A stretch of 64,000 nucleotides of DNA, from positions 480,001 through 544,000 of the forward strand of contig CAWJEN010000006.1 in assembly GCA_963841915.1 (NCBI GenBank), written 5' to 3'. Positions 37,817-47,143 of this stretch are shown one piece after another. The notes under the pieces were generated by a model. It was not told where the DNA came from, did not search any database, and was given only the letters and a program-made list of their open reading frames with translations. Each line of letters begins with the position of its first letter. The stretch's first letter is position 1. The stretch comes from an uncultured Planctomycetota bacterium (GTDB taxonomy: Bacteria; Planctomycetota; Phycisphaerae; Tepidisphaerales; Tepidisphaeraceae). The position numbers were made by a program, and so were the translations under genes.

Positions 37817-38437
37817 TTAGGCCGTGTGCCGATCAAGCAGGTCGCGCAGGCGACGCAGGGCTTCGCCGCGATGACTGATGGCGGCCTTAGCGGTCGGCGA
37901 CAGCTCGGCCGTCGTCTTGCCGATCGACTCGATGAGGAACAGCGGGTCGTAGCCGAACCCGCCCTCGCCCCGTGGTTCCCGCAGAATTGTGCCGTCGACG
38001 TGACCCTCGGCGGTGAGCTTGATGCGGCCGTCGGCGTCGCTCCAGGCCAGCACGCAGACGAATCGCGCCGCCCGGCGATCGTCGGGCACCTTCGTCAGAC
38101 GGCGAAGCAGGTATGCGTTGTTGTCCGCGTCGCCTTCACCGACGCCGGCCATGGCGGCGAATCGGGCCGAGTAGACACCCGGACTGCCGCCCAACGCCTC
38201 GACGCTCAGACCGCTGTCGTCAGCAAGCACCTCGCAACCGAACTTCTTGGCGTACAGCGACGCCTTCAGGCAGGCGTTGTCGCGAAACGTGCGACCGGTC
38301 TCATCAGGCTCGAATCCGTCATCGTCGACATCGGCCAGTGAACGCACCGTCACATCCGTAAGACCCTCGGCCAAAGCGGCGAGTTCGCGAGCTTTGCCCT
38401 TGTTTCTCGTGGCAATCAACAGGTCGTGACGCTTCAT
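37817..38437 (-). CDS. rdgB: Non-canonical purine NTP pyrophosphatase
   Basis: ATRNKGK, ADDSGL, PGVYSARF, GFGYDPLF, ISHRG. Confidence 0.95.
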   Translation of the reverse strand: MKRHDLLIATRNKGKARELAALAEGLTDVTVRSLADVDDDGFEPDETGRTFRDNACLKASLYAKKFGCEVLADDSGLSVEALGGSPGVYSARFAAMAGVGEGDADNNAYLLRRLTKVPDDRRAARFVCVLAWSDADGRIKLTAEGHVDGTILREPRGEGGFGYDPLFLIESIGKTTAELSPTAKAAISHRGEALRRLRDLLDRHTA

Positions 38438-38455
38438 CGACGACGAGCCTACGAG

Positions 38456-39508
38456 CTACAATCCCGCCGGACGGATGAGCGTCTTGCCTATGTCGACCGC
38501 ACGCGGAGCTTCAATCGGCGCTTCGTCCTTGGCGACTTCGCGGCCGAGCGATTCAGGTACGTTGACCAGCAACGGCTCTTCGCTCTCCTGGTAGCCGTCG
38601 ACGTCGTAGTCGTATCGTCGCATGGTGGCCATGAGCGTCGGGTCGTTGATCTCGAGCTGCACCTCGAAAGTAGCTGCCCGGCGGCCTGCCTTGTCGGTGA
38701 GGTTGCGGAGGCGATCGGGCAGCTTGCCCGAGCTGACAACGATCGGACGGGGATTGACCGGGTCGACAGACGACTCCAGCGCGTCTCTGGAGTTCACACC
38801 ACGCTTGATGGCCGACTCTGGCCAGGCTCCGATCGTGACATAGCTGAAGTTGCCTTTGTGCAGAAAGTACGCGTCGATGCCTTGCTTGCGTGCGGCTGCG
38901 ACGCTCTCGACTGCGGCCTGCTTGCGTTGTGCCGGGTCGGTGTAGACGGCGATGGCCACGGTCCAGAAGGCGTCGCTGTTCCGCAGGTCATACACAGTCG
39001 GGGCGACCGGATCGGGCTGCTCGAGCGGCACGAAGATCGCTCTGCCGAACGCCTTGATCGGCACGCCGTTGAGGCCAGCCGTCTCCATCGACTCGATGAC
39101 GGCCTTGGCCCTTTGGGCCCGCTCGCCTTCCCGCTTATCGTCTCGGACGTCGATCGTTTCGTAGAAGCCGTGGTACAGCACGCTGCGGTTCTCGCCGTGG
39201 ACGATGTAGAAGCTGGAGTCGAATGATGCCACCTCACCGGCGGCTTGTTCGGCAAACAACTTGGCCTGCTTGGCGTCGCTGGCGTGACTCGGGCCGGTGA
39301 AGTCCCGACACAAGATGGTCATTGTTGCGTTCTTCGGAATCGACACGTTCGGCACGCCACGGTCGGCACCGACGCCTTGCCGACCGGCCGAAATGTTGTC
39401 GCTTCGGGCGAGAGTCGGCGTGACGGTGGCGTTGCCGGTCTGACCCGATGGGCCGGCGCATCCGACACAGCACGTCAAGGCAACGCCGACCAGCAAAGAG
39501 TTCCGCAT
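38456..39508 (-). CDS. Hypothetical lipoprotein
   Basis: MRNSLLVGVALTCCVG-C signal; start ATG 39508. Confidence 0.7.
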   Translation of the reverse strand: MRNSLLVGVALTCCVGCAGPSGQTGNATVTPTLARSDNISAGRQGVGADRGVPNVSIPKNATMTILCRDFTGPSHASDAKQAKLFAEQAAGEVASFDSSFYIVHGENRSVLYHGFYETIDVRDDKREGERAQRAKAVIESMETAGLNGVPIKAFGRAIFVPLEQPDPVAPTVYDLRNSDAFWTVAIAVYTDPAQRKQAAVESVAAARKQGIDAYFLHKGNFSYVTIGAWPESAIKRGVNSRDALESSVDPVNPRPIVVSSGKLPDRLRNLTDKAGRRAATFEVQLEINDPTLMATMRRYDYDVDGYQESEEPLLVNVPESLGREVAKDEAPIEAPRAVDIGKTLIRPAGL

Positions 39509-39531
39509 GTCCGGATGGTACGGCCGACGAC

Positions 39532-40134
39532 TCAACCCAGCAGTAGGACGGCTGCGCTGATGACGGTCGTCCACTGGCCGTTGCCCGCGCCCGGGGCGAC
39601 TTGGCAGTAGCTGACCGTCTTGATGATCTCGTTGCTCATTGCGTATTGCTGTTCGCGCTCGTCCCAAGCCTTGTCAGGGTCGAACGCAACACCCAGCGTC
39701 GTGGCGAGCATGGTGGCGGCAAGGTCTTCGACGAGGTCCTCGGTTGATTCCTTCGTCATGCCATAGCCGTGGTGCTCGGCGATGTAGCCGTGCTCGTGAT
39801 CCCGCGGGATGGCCAGACCGATGCCGGCGCAGGTGAGGCGGTTCTCCTCATTCGTCGCGCTTTCGGCCAGCACGACAAACGTGACCTGCCCGGCCTTGAG
39901 CTGGGGCAGGCCGATCTCCTTGTCGACGATCTCGCAGCTCGTCGGGTAGATGCTGGAGACCTTGACGAGGTTCTGCTTCTGGATGCCTGCGTCCCGCAGG
40001 GCCAACTCGAAGCTCATGAGCTTTTCCCGGTGCACGCCCGTGCCTTGGGTAAAGAACATCTGCTTCGGAACGTAGTGGGTGCTGGTGTCGATCAACGTGC
40101 GGGCAGCGTAGGAGCAGGCGGTGGCAAGTGTCAC
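39532..40134 (-). CDS. pdaD: Pyruvoyl-dependent arginine decarboxylase; start may be TTG 40095
   Basis: SFELALRDAGI..QNLVKVSSI (Ser-Ser self-cleavage site), GYIAEHH, WTTVISAAV. Confidence 0.88.
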   Translation of the reverse strand: MTLATACSYAARTLIDTSTHYVPKQMFFTQGTGVHREKLMSFELALRDAGIQKQNLVKVSSIYPTSCEIVDKEIGLPQLKAGQVTFVVLAESATNEENRLTCAGIGLAIPRDHEHGYIAEHHGYGMTKESTEDLVEDLAATMLATTLGVAFDPDKAWDEREQQYAMSNEIIKTVSYCQVAPGAGNGQWTTVISAAVLLLG

Positions 40135-40158
40135 GCCTCAAAAGGCGGGCGTCCTGCG

Positions 40159-40578
40159 TCAAAGCGTGCCGCGAAAATCCGGGGGCAACAGGACGACCGG
40201 AATCTTCGTTTCCCGCAGCAGCTCGACGGGCACGTTGCCGGCGATGAGTCGCTGGAACACACCCTTGTTCGTCAGGCCTAGCAGGATGAGCGTCGCTTCC
40301 CGCTCGCTGGCGGTCGAAAGGATGGCCTGTGCGACATCGTCGCTAAACATGAGCAGCGTCTGGACGCTGACGCCTTTGCTGCGGATTTTGTCGCCGAGCG
40401 TGCGGACCGCCTGCTCGCCGCGGTCGCCACCCTGATTGACGGGCGTGGCGGTGCCGGTTGGACGGGTGACGTGAACGACCAGCACCTCGGCATCGAGACG
40501 TTTGGCCAGGTCGGCCACGGGCACCACGACCCGCTCGCTCGCCTCGGGACTACTGACGGCGACGAGAATCCGGCTCAT
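40159..40578 (-). CDS. Universal stress protein
   Basis: RILVAV, VVHV, LILLG, GNVPVELL..TKIPVVLLP; start ATG 40578. Confidence 0.85.
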   Translation of the reverse strand: MSRILVAVSSPEASERVVVPVADLAKRLDAEVLVVHVTRPTGTATPVNQGGDRGEQAVRTLGDKIRSKGVSVQTLLMFSDDVAQAILSTASEREATLILLGLTNKGVFQRLIAGNVPVELLRETKIPVVLLPPDFRGTL

Positions 40579-40584
40579 GCCGAC

Positions 40585-40612
40585 AGTCTCACCACGCAAA
40601 CACAAGTGTCAA
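40585..40612 (-). promoter_or_regulatory. Putative sigma70 promoter of the USP gene, leaderless geometry
   Basis: TTGACA-16 nt-GAGACT, 6 nt before ATG. Confidence 0.45.
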
Positions 40613-40635
40613 ACATCAGCCGACGATCTGAGCAA

Positions 40636-40670
40636 TTCATGCGCCTGTGTCGGTTCATGCGCCTGTGTCG
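40636..40670. repeat. 17-bp direct duplication (TTCATGCGCCTGTGTCG x2)
   Basis: Copies at 40636-40652 and 40654-40670; includes the stop codon of 40655..41329. Confidence 0.9.
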
Positions 40671-41329
40671 CTTTTGAGATAAACCAGACGATCGTGAATG
40701 GCGTCGACTGGTTTGCGGTCGTAGACAAAGTCGTCGAGCTTGGCCGTGCCGGTCGTCCCCTCAACGTCGTAGACGATGCGACTGATGCCTTTACGATCCC
40801 AGTTCCCGTCGTCAATCTCTGTGATGTTGCCGGGCGAGACAGCAGGATGGCCCGGCATCTCCAGGACGTCGTTCTCGTCGAGGTAAATGCGGCCACGGCT
40901 GATGTAGAGCCAGCGGACCAGCAGCACGAGTCCCAGAGGCGGAAGCAGCATGCCAAGCCCACGCTGCAGCATGATGTCGGTGTCACTGTGCGGCTCGAGG
41001 CCTTCGTCCTGGATCCGCTCCTGCGCAGCCACCCGCGTGGCTTCGTCGCCGACCATGTCGGCTTCTTCAGCCTGCTGCGTCAGTTCCTCGAACAGCCGAT
41101 TCTCCTCCGGGTACTTCACGAAGCCGTCGTAGAGGAACCAGCAACCCATGCCGATGAGCGCCAACGTGATGACGTAGCGCACATTGCGGTAGTAGCTACC
41201 GGCCTTGGCCTCGTGCGGGCCGGCCGGTGGGACGATGGGCGACGGTGCAACACCTGGATCCCCTTCACGCGGCTCGCGCGGTTCGGGCTGCGGGTCGGTG
41301 GGCGTCTCTTGCGGGTCGAAGGCGGTCAT
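40655..41329 (-). CDS. Hypothetical two-TM membrane protein
   Basis: WFLYDGFVKYP after TM1, second TM, C-terminal WDRKGI/LDDFVYD domain. Confidence 0.7.
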   Translation of the reverse strand: MTAFDPQETPTDPQPEPREPREGDPGVAPSPIVPPAGPHEAKAGSYYRNVRYVITLALIGMGCWFLYDGFVKYPEENRLFEELTQQAEEADMVGDEATRVAAQERIQDEGLEPHSDTDIMLQRGLGMLLPPLGLVLLVRWLYISRGRIYLDENDVLEMPGHPAVSPGNITEIDDGNWDRKGISRIVYDVEGTTGTAKLDDFVYDRKPVDAIHDRLVYLKSDTGA

Positions 41330-41526
41330 AATGAGGGTCGCGGGTCGGTTGTGGAGACGGCGGCAACGGCGCGTGCGGCACGGGCGGCGGCGGCGTGTCG
41401 GCGGGCGAGCCGCGGGCGATCACGCTCGGCGTGTGCCTTGGATCGGCCCGACAGCTCCGCCGCTAACGCCGACGCCTTATCGGCTAGTCGCTTCAAGAGC
41501 TCTCTGCCGGTGGGCTCGCCTTCCAC
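41326..41526 (-). CDS. Small basic hypothetical protein (66 aa)
   Basis: TAGACT 6 nt before GTG; ATGA overlap with the downstream gene. Confidence 0.5.
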   Translation of the reverse strand: MEGEPTGRELLKRLADKASALAAELSGRSKAHAERDRPRLARRHAAAARAARAVAAVSTTDPRPSL

Positions 41527-41577
41527 AACCGCAGTCTAATTGACTCAAACGCCCGCGGCCACCGCTATCGTCACACC

Positions 41578-42537
41578 GTGCCCAAGATCGTCGAGCCACA
41601 GCCGGTCTACGCCCTCGTCGGCACCGAATCGTTCCTCCAGCAGCATGCACTGGAAGGCATCCTCCGGCAATGCGGCGACGACACCCAACGCAGCGACGTC
41701 GACGGCACCGCGGCAGAGCCCGGTGATGTCTTCGATGAACTGCGCAGCCTGGCGATGTTTGGCGGCCGCCGACTCGTCGTCGTCCGCGACGCCGATGCCT
41801 TTGTCTCAGCCCATCGCCAACTCGTCGAATCGTATCTGGCAAGCCCGGCCGTGGGCAACGTGCTCGTCTTGCGGATGGCGTCGCTGCCAAAGAACCAGAA
41901 GGTCTACAAGCTGGCGCAGAAGGTTGGCGAGATCATCTCGTGTGAGCCGCCGAAGCAGGCGGCCGTGTCGAAGTGGCTTCTGAGTCGAGCCAAGAAGCAG
42001 CACGGCCTGGAGCTCGACCCTGCCGCCGCCGAGTTGCTGGCAGACGCCATCGGGTCGGACCTGGGCAGCCTGGACAACGAGCTGGCCAAGCTTGCCCTGG
42101 CCAGTGTCGACGGTCGGGCTGGCCCGGAGATGGTCAGCGGGGGCGTGGCTTTCCGTCGCGAGCAGCAGATGTGGATCATGACCGACGCCATGACACGTGG
42201 CGACGCGGCAGAGGCTGTCAAGATTTGGCGGCAGTTGCTGGCGACCGACGCCTCGGCCGAGTTTCGGGCGGTGACGTGGCTGTCAATGTGGCTCGAAAAG
42301 GCCGACAAGGCGCTCGTGCTTCGCCAGAAGGGCTCGCGGCCCTTTGACATCGCCAAGCAGCTCAAGATCTGGCCGGCGGCAAACGTCGAGCCGCTCATCC
42401 GCACCGCAGAACATCTCGGCCGCCCGTGGCTGCGGACCGCAACGGATCGGTTGGCGGAACTCGATTACCGCATCAAGACGGGCCTGACCGACGCCAAGCG
42501 AGGCTGCGAAGCCTTCGTCGCCACGTCAGCACCTTGA
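41578..42537 (+). CDS. holA: DNA polymerase III subunit delta
   Basis: PVYALVGTE.FL, SLAMFGGRRLVVV, LDNELAKLAL, LDYRIKTG. Confidence 0.88.
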   Translation: MPKIVEPQPVYALVGTESFLQQHALEGILRQCGDDTQRSDVDGTAAEPGDVFDELRSLAMFGGRRLVVVRDADAFVSAHRQLVESYLASPAVGNVLVLRMASLPKNQKVYKLAQKVGEIISCEPPKQAAVSKWLLSRAKKQHGLELDPAAAELLADAIGSDLGSLDNELAKLALASVDGRAGPEMVSGGVAFRREQQMWIMTDAMTRGDAAEAVKIWRQLLATDASAEFRAVTWLSMWLEKADKALVLRQKGSRPFDIAKQLKIWPAANVEPLIRTAEHLGRPWLRTATDRLAELDYRIKTGLTDAKRGCEAFVATSAP

Positions 42538-42578
42538 GCAACCGTTCAAAGGACCTGGCATGTTGTAGAGTCGTCGCA

Positions 42579-43430
42579 ATGCCCGTCGGACTGAGCCTGC
42601 TTCGCCTCTACGCCAAGGTCGCCCCGACCGAGCGTGGCGGCTTTCGACTGGCACGACTGGCCCGCTCGCTCGTACCGCAATCCCAATGGTCGGGACTGTT
42701 TGGCGACGGTCACGGGAACCGGCTCGACCTCAATCTGGCGACGTATCCGGACGTGGCGATGGCCTGTGGGTTGTACGAGCGCGACACGGACCGCCTGCTC
42801 GCCAAGCTGCTGCCGCAAGGCGGGCACTTCGTCGACGGCGGGGCGAACCTGGGCTACTTCACCTGTCGACTCGCCCGCAAGGCTCGTCGCGTCGACGCCT
42901 TCGAGCCAGATCCGGATAATCGCGCTCGGCTTCAGGCGAACCTGGCGCGGAATCAGCTTGATGAACGCGTTCGTGTTCACCCGGTCGCCCTCGGCGACGC
43001 GGCCGGGTCGTTGACGCTGTTCCACCCGACCGACGACAGTCGTAATCATGGCGAGACATCGCGTTTTGCCATCGAAGGGGTCGAGGCGACGCAGTACGAC
43101 GTACCGATGGTGCGGCTGGACGATGCGGTCGATGCGGTGCCTGACCTTGTGAAGCTCGACCTCGAAGGCGGTGAGCTGGCGGCAGTGGGTGGGATGACGA
43201 CGTGGCTTGTGGCGTCAACTCCACCGGCGGTCGTGCTGGAGCACAATCCCGCGGCCGATACCCGTGGCGGGCACAAGCCGGGTGACGTCTGGCGGCTGTT
43301 TAACCGGCACGGCACTTGGCGGTGCTGGCGCGTCCGATCGTTCGCCGCCGGCCTCATTCAGGAGATGGCGACGCCCGATGCTGTCGACGCCTTCGATCGG
43401 CAGGCGAACCTGCTGTTTCGCCGTCGGTAG
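42579..43430 (+). CDS. FkbM-family methyltransferase
   Basis: FVDGGANLGYF, AFEP, VKLDLEGGE; start ATG 42579. Confidence 0.88.
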   Translation: MPVGLSLLRLYAKVAPTERGGFRLARLARSLVPQSQWSGLFGDGHGNRLDLNLATYPDVAMACGLYERDTDRLLAKLLPQGGHFVDGGANLGYFTCRLARKARRVDAFEPDPDNRARLQANLARNQLDERVRVHPVALGDAAGSLTLFHPTDDSRNHGETSRFAIEGVEATQYDVPMVRLDDAVDAVPDLVKLDLEGGELAAVGGMTTWLVASTPPAVVLEHNPAADTRGGHKPGDVWRLFNRHGTWRCWRVRSFAAGLIQEMATPDAVDAFDRQANLLFRRR

Positions 43431-43457
43431 CAGCGTCGTGTAAGCTTCCGCCGCCGC

Positions 43458-45086
43458 GTGATCGACGTTCTTATCCAGACTCACAACGAGGAGCTCAACC
43501 TCCCGCACACGCTCAAAACGCTCGAAGGCGGTTGGGTCGGGCAGGTGTTCATCGTCGACTCCGGCAGTACCGACCGGACGAAAGAAGTCGCTGAATCGTG
43601 GGGAGCGACGGTCGTGCACCACGATTGGGAGGGGTACGCCCGGCAGAAGAACTGGTCGCTGGCGAACCTGCCGTTTGCGACGGACTGGGTGCTGATCATC
43701 GACGCCGACGAGGCGGTAAGCGATCGTCTTCGGGACAAGCTGGTCGAGATTGCCAATCAATCGCTCGATCCGTCACCTGACGCCGTCGTCGGGTACGAGC
43801 TCAACCGCGTCTTCATCTTCAACGGCCAGGAGATCTGGCACTGCGGCTACTACCCGAGCTGGAACCTGCGCTTCTTCCGCCGCGGCATGTGCCGTTACGA
43901 AGAGCGGCGGGTGCACGAGTACATGATCTGCGACGGCCTGACAGCAAGGCTGCCGAAGAAGGATCTGCTGATCCACAACGACCGCCGCGGGCTCGAGCAC
44001 TTCTACGCGAAGCACAATCGGTACAGCACGCTCGAAGCGCGTGAGATGTACGACAACCCCGAGCCGTGGCCGGGCTTGAAGGTGTTCCGCACCGACACGG
44101 CCCGGCGTCGGCGGTTCATCAAGAGTCGGATCCTGCCTCGTGTGCCGGCACCGTGGCTGTTCCGATTCGTCTACATGTACGTGCTGCGACTCGGCTTCCT
44201 CGACGGCCGGGCTGGCTGGCATTTGTCGAACTTCATCAGCGCTTACGAGCTGTCGATCCACCTCAAGTACAAGGAGGTCGCCCGCGGCTGGCGGTACGAG
44301 GCGGCGTCGGCCTTGGCTCTGCCGGAGGGCAAGCCGCTCCATAGCGACGCGTCCGATGCCGTCGTGTCGGCAGGCCCGGCTGCTTCTGCACCGGCGGCGG
44401 CTGATCCGGTGGTGTCGCTCAAGGTCTTTGTCGTCCGCGCAGGTGCCACCGATACAGACGTGGAACAGGCGGCCAGCGACGCGGCCCGGCTCGGCGGAAC
44501 GGTGGAGGTTGTCGACAGTATCGACAAGGTGCCGAACCACAACGACGGTTGGACGTTCCTTCTTCGCGGGGACGAGCGACTTTCTGACACCGTGGTCCGC
44601 GAGACAAAAGCATTTGTGCGTCGCGGCGGTCGTGGCATAGATCCGCGGGCGCCGGTCGCTTACGCGTTGACGTGCCAGAGCGTTGTCGCAGGCCGCCGCG
44701 TGCGGTTCGGCGGGTTCGGGCCGAAACGGCACGTCCGCCTGTTCCGCGACGGCCACGGCACGGTGCGGCACGATGCAACGGGCTTGGCCGCCGACGTGAG
44801 TGGCGGGCTCACAGGCAGGATCGACGGCCTCGTCGTGCGGGTGATCCAGCAACCGGTGAGCACACTCATCGAGCGTCGGCTTGAAGCGGCGGAGAAGGCG
44901 AGCCATCAGGCGCGGCCGGGCGGACACTTTCCACTGCGGCCGATGTGGACTTATGTGAAGCGGTTCGTGTTTAAAGGCGGCTTCCTCGACGGGTACGCCG
45001 GCGCGCTCATGTGCGGCATGGCGTACAGCGGTGAGTACATGACGCAGCTCCTCGCCGTCGAGCGAACGCGTCGACAAGACGATTGA
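43458..45086 (+). CDS. GT2 glycosyltransferase (WaaE/KdtX-like) with a second degenerate GT2 module
   Basis: THNEE, DSGSTD, DADE, VHE, KHNRYSTLEA, GFLDG; C-terminal copy RGDE...GGFLDG. Confidence 0.88.
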   Translation: MIDVLIQTHNEELNLPHTLKTLEGGWVGQVFIVDSGSTDRTKEVAESWGATVVHHDWEGYARQKNWSLANLPFATDWVLIIDADEAVSDRLRDKLVEIANQSLDPSPDAVVGYELNRVFIFNGQEIWHCGYYPSWNLRFFRRGMCRYEERRVHEYMICDGLTARLPKKDLLIHNDRRGLEHFYAKHNRYSTLEAREMYDNPEPWPGLKVFRTDTARRRRFIKSRILPRVPAPWLFRFVYMYVLRLGFLDGRAGWHLSNFISAYELSIHLKYKEVARGWRYEAASALALPEGKPLHSDASDAVVSAGPAASAPAAADPVVSLKVFVVRAGATDTDVEQAASDAARLGGTVEVVDSIDKVPNHNDGWTFLLRGDERLSDTVVRETKAFVRRGGRGIDPRAPVAYALTCQSVVAGRRVRFGGFGPKRHVRLFRDGHGTVRHDATGLAADVSGGLTGRIDGLVVRVIQQPVSTLIERRLEAAEKASHQARPGGHFPLRPMWTYVKRFVFKGGFLDGYAGALMCGMAYSGEYMTQLLAVERTRRQDD

Positions 45087-45092
45087 GCAATG

Positions 45093-46064
45093 TCATCGCT
45101 TTAGCAGATCGGCTACGACTTCGGCCGTCTTGCGGTCATCGCGATTGGCCCGCTCAAGGCGGCGTGCCTTGAGCTCGATCCAACGTTCGTACAGCGAGAT
45201 CATCGACGCGTAGTCGAGCCCGGCCCCGCCATCGCGGAAGCCGCCGCGGAGCAGCGTCATGTGCAAGAAACGCAGCAAGCCTCGGCCGCGAAGGAAGTGA
45301 CTCGCATCCTTGGCGGCGCGACGTCTCGTGACGGCGTCACTGCTCGTCAGCTTCGACAGCGAAGGCAGCCCGTCACGTCGAATAATGACCGCTTCCTCGG
45401 CTTCGCGGTCGCTGTAGCCGTTGTGCTTTTCGAGCCACGTCGACAAGCCTTTGGAGAAGTTGAAGTGCAGATAAGGCTCCTCGAGGCAGCCGATCGGGGC
45501 CGTGGTCTCCTCGCGTTGGCCGTGCCCGAAGTCGACGAAGCGGGTCTGCTCGCTGTCGAAGAACCGCACCTGATACGTGGGGTAGCTGGCGCTGTAGCGA
45601 AGCCACTGCCCCATGAACATCATGCGGCTGGGGCATTGGAAGCTGCCGAATCGCCTGGAGCAGGCATCTGGATCCTCCAGCAGGTGCGACACCTCTCGCA
45701 CGAGATCGGGCGTGAACCGTTCGTCGGCATCGAGGTGAAAGTGCCACCGGTGCTTCAACGGCAGGTGGTCGATTGCGTGGTTGCGTTGCTGACCGAAGCC
45801 GGCGAATGGATGGTGGTGGGCCGTCACGCCACGGTCGCGCGCGGCTTCGACGGTGCCGTCTGTGCTGCCGCTGTCGAGGAGGTGCACGTCGTCGCACCAC
45901 TGGCACGAGTCGAGACACGGGCCGATGTTGTCTCGCTCGTTGTGTGTGAGGATGACCACCGACACCGGCACAGTCTGGCCGGCAATGACGTCGCCTGTGA
46001 CGAGGCAGGGCAGGTCGTGCTCCGTCGGCAATGAAGGCGTGCCTGCGTCGGCCAGGGGCGTCAT
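45093..46064 (-). CDS. GT2 glycosyltransferase (WaaE/KdtX-like)
   Basis: THNE, DSGSTDGT, GFGQQRN, LDADE, KHNGYS. Confidence 0.9.
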   Translation of the reverse strand: MTPLADAGTPSLPTEHDLPCLVTGDVIAGQTVPVSVVILTHNERDNIGPCLDSCQWCDDVHLLDSGSTDGTVEAARDRGVTAHHHPFAGFGQQRNHAIDHLPLKHRWHFHLDADERFTPDLVREVSHLLEDPDACSRRFGSFQCPSRMMFMGQWLRYSASYPTYQVRFFDSEQTRFVDFGHGQREETTAPIGCLEEPYLHFNFSKGLSTWLEKHNGYSDREAEEAVIIRRDGLPSLSKLTSSDAVTRRRAAKDASHFLRGRGLLRFLHMTLLRGGFRDGGAGLDYASMISLYERWIELKARRLERANRDDRKTAEVVADLLKR

Positions 46065-46149
46065 GCCGTCAGCTTACCCCACGATGCTCGGTGACGTGTA
46101 TGCTGCCAACCCGCCCGACGGCCGTTACCCAAGCCGAGCCCGCTTCTTC

Positions 46150-47073
46150 ATGTCTAGTCCCGCAGCCACGCCCGCCGCCACCGACTCCAAGGTCGTCTTC
46201 TCGCTCGTTGTGCCGTGTTACAACGAGGAAGACGCGATCATCGAGACGCTCGACGAGCTCAAAAGTGTTCTTGCCGACGCTCCGACGCACGAGCTCATCG
46301 TCGTCAACGACGGAAGCATCGACAAGAGCAGCGAGCTTCTGCGTGAGGCCGTTGCGTCCGGCAAGTACCCGACGCTGACCGTCATCGATCACGAGTTCAA
46401 TCGCGGCTACGGTGCCGCCCTCAAGACCGGTATCCGCGGCGCGACGGCCGACTACATCGCCATCACGGACGCAGACGGCACCTATCCCAATGCGCGGCTC
46501 GGTGAGCTGGTGAATCTTGCCCGTGTCGGCAGGCACGACATGGTCGTCGGCGCACGCACGATTAAGGAAGAGGTAACGTATCCGCTGATCCGCAAGATTC
46601 CCAAGTGGTTCCTCATCCGCTGGGCGAGCTGGTTGTCAGGTCGAAAGATTCCGGACATGAACAGCGGCATGCGGGTGTTTCGGCGGGACGTGTGCCTGAA
46701 GTTCATGCGGGTCCTGCCTGACACCTTCAGCTTCACGACGACGATCAGCGTCGCGATGCTGACGAATCGATACCGCGTCCACTACGAGCCCATCGGCTAC
46801 GCCGCCCGCGTCGGCAAGAGCAAGATCAAGCCGATCCGCGACACGCTGCGGTTCATCCAGCTCATCACGCGGACCGGCATGTACTTCGCGCCGCTACGCG
46901 TGCTGGGGCCGGTGATCGGGTTGCTGCTGCTGGCCTTCCTGATAAGCTTGGGATACGACATCTTTGTCTTGGACAACCTGACGGACAAGACGGTGATCTT
47001 GCTCATGTTCGCTATGAATGTGGCGATCTTCGGGCTTTTAGCCGATATGATCGACAAGCGGAGCGTGGCATGA
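46150..47073 (+). CDS. GT2 polyprenol-phosphate glycosyltransferase-like (DPM1/GtrB)
   Basis: VVPCYNEE, NDGS, NRGYGAA, DADGTYP, two C-terminal TMs; start ATG 46150. Confidence 0.85.
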   Translation: MSSPAATPAATDSKVVFSLVVPCYNEEDAIIETLDELKSVLADAPTHELIVVNDGSIDKSSELLREAVASGKYPTLTVIDHEFNRGYGAALKTGIRGATADYIAITDADGTYPNARLGELVNLARVGRHDMVVGARTIKEEVTYPLIRKIPKWFLIRWASWLSGRKIPDMNSGMRVFRRDVCLKFMRVLPDTFSFTTTISVAMLTNRYRVHYEPIGYAARVGKSKIKPIRDTLRFIQLITRTGMYFAPLRVLGPVIGLLLLAFLISLGYDIFVLDNLTDKTVILLMFAMNVAIFGLLADMIDKRSVA

Positions 47074-47143
47074 TGGCCGTATCAGAGGGATCGGCCGGCC
47101 GGCGTGGCTACGAGGCTATTGCTGCAACGAGAGGAGCACCGCT

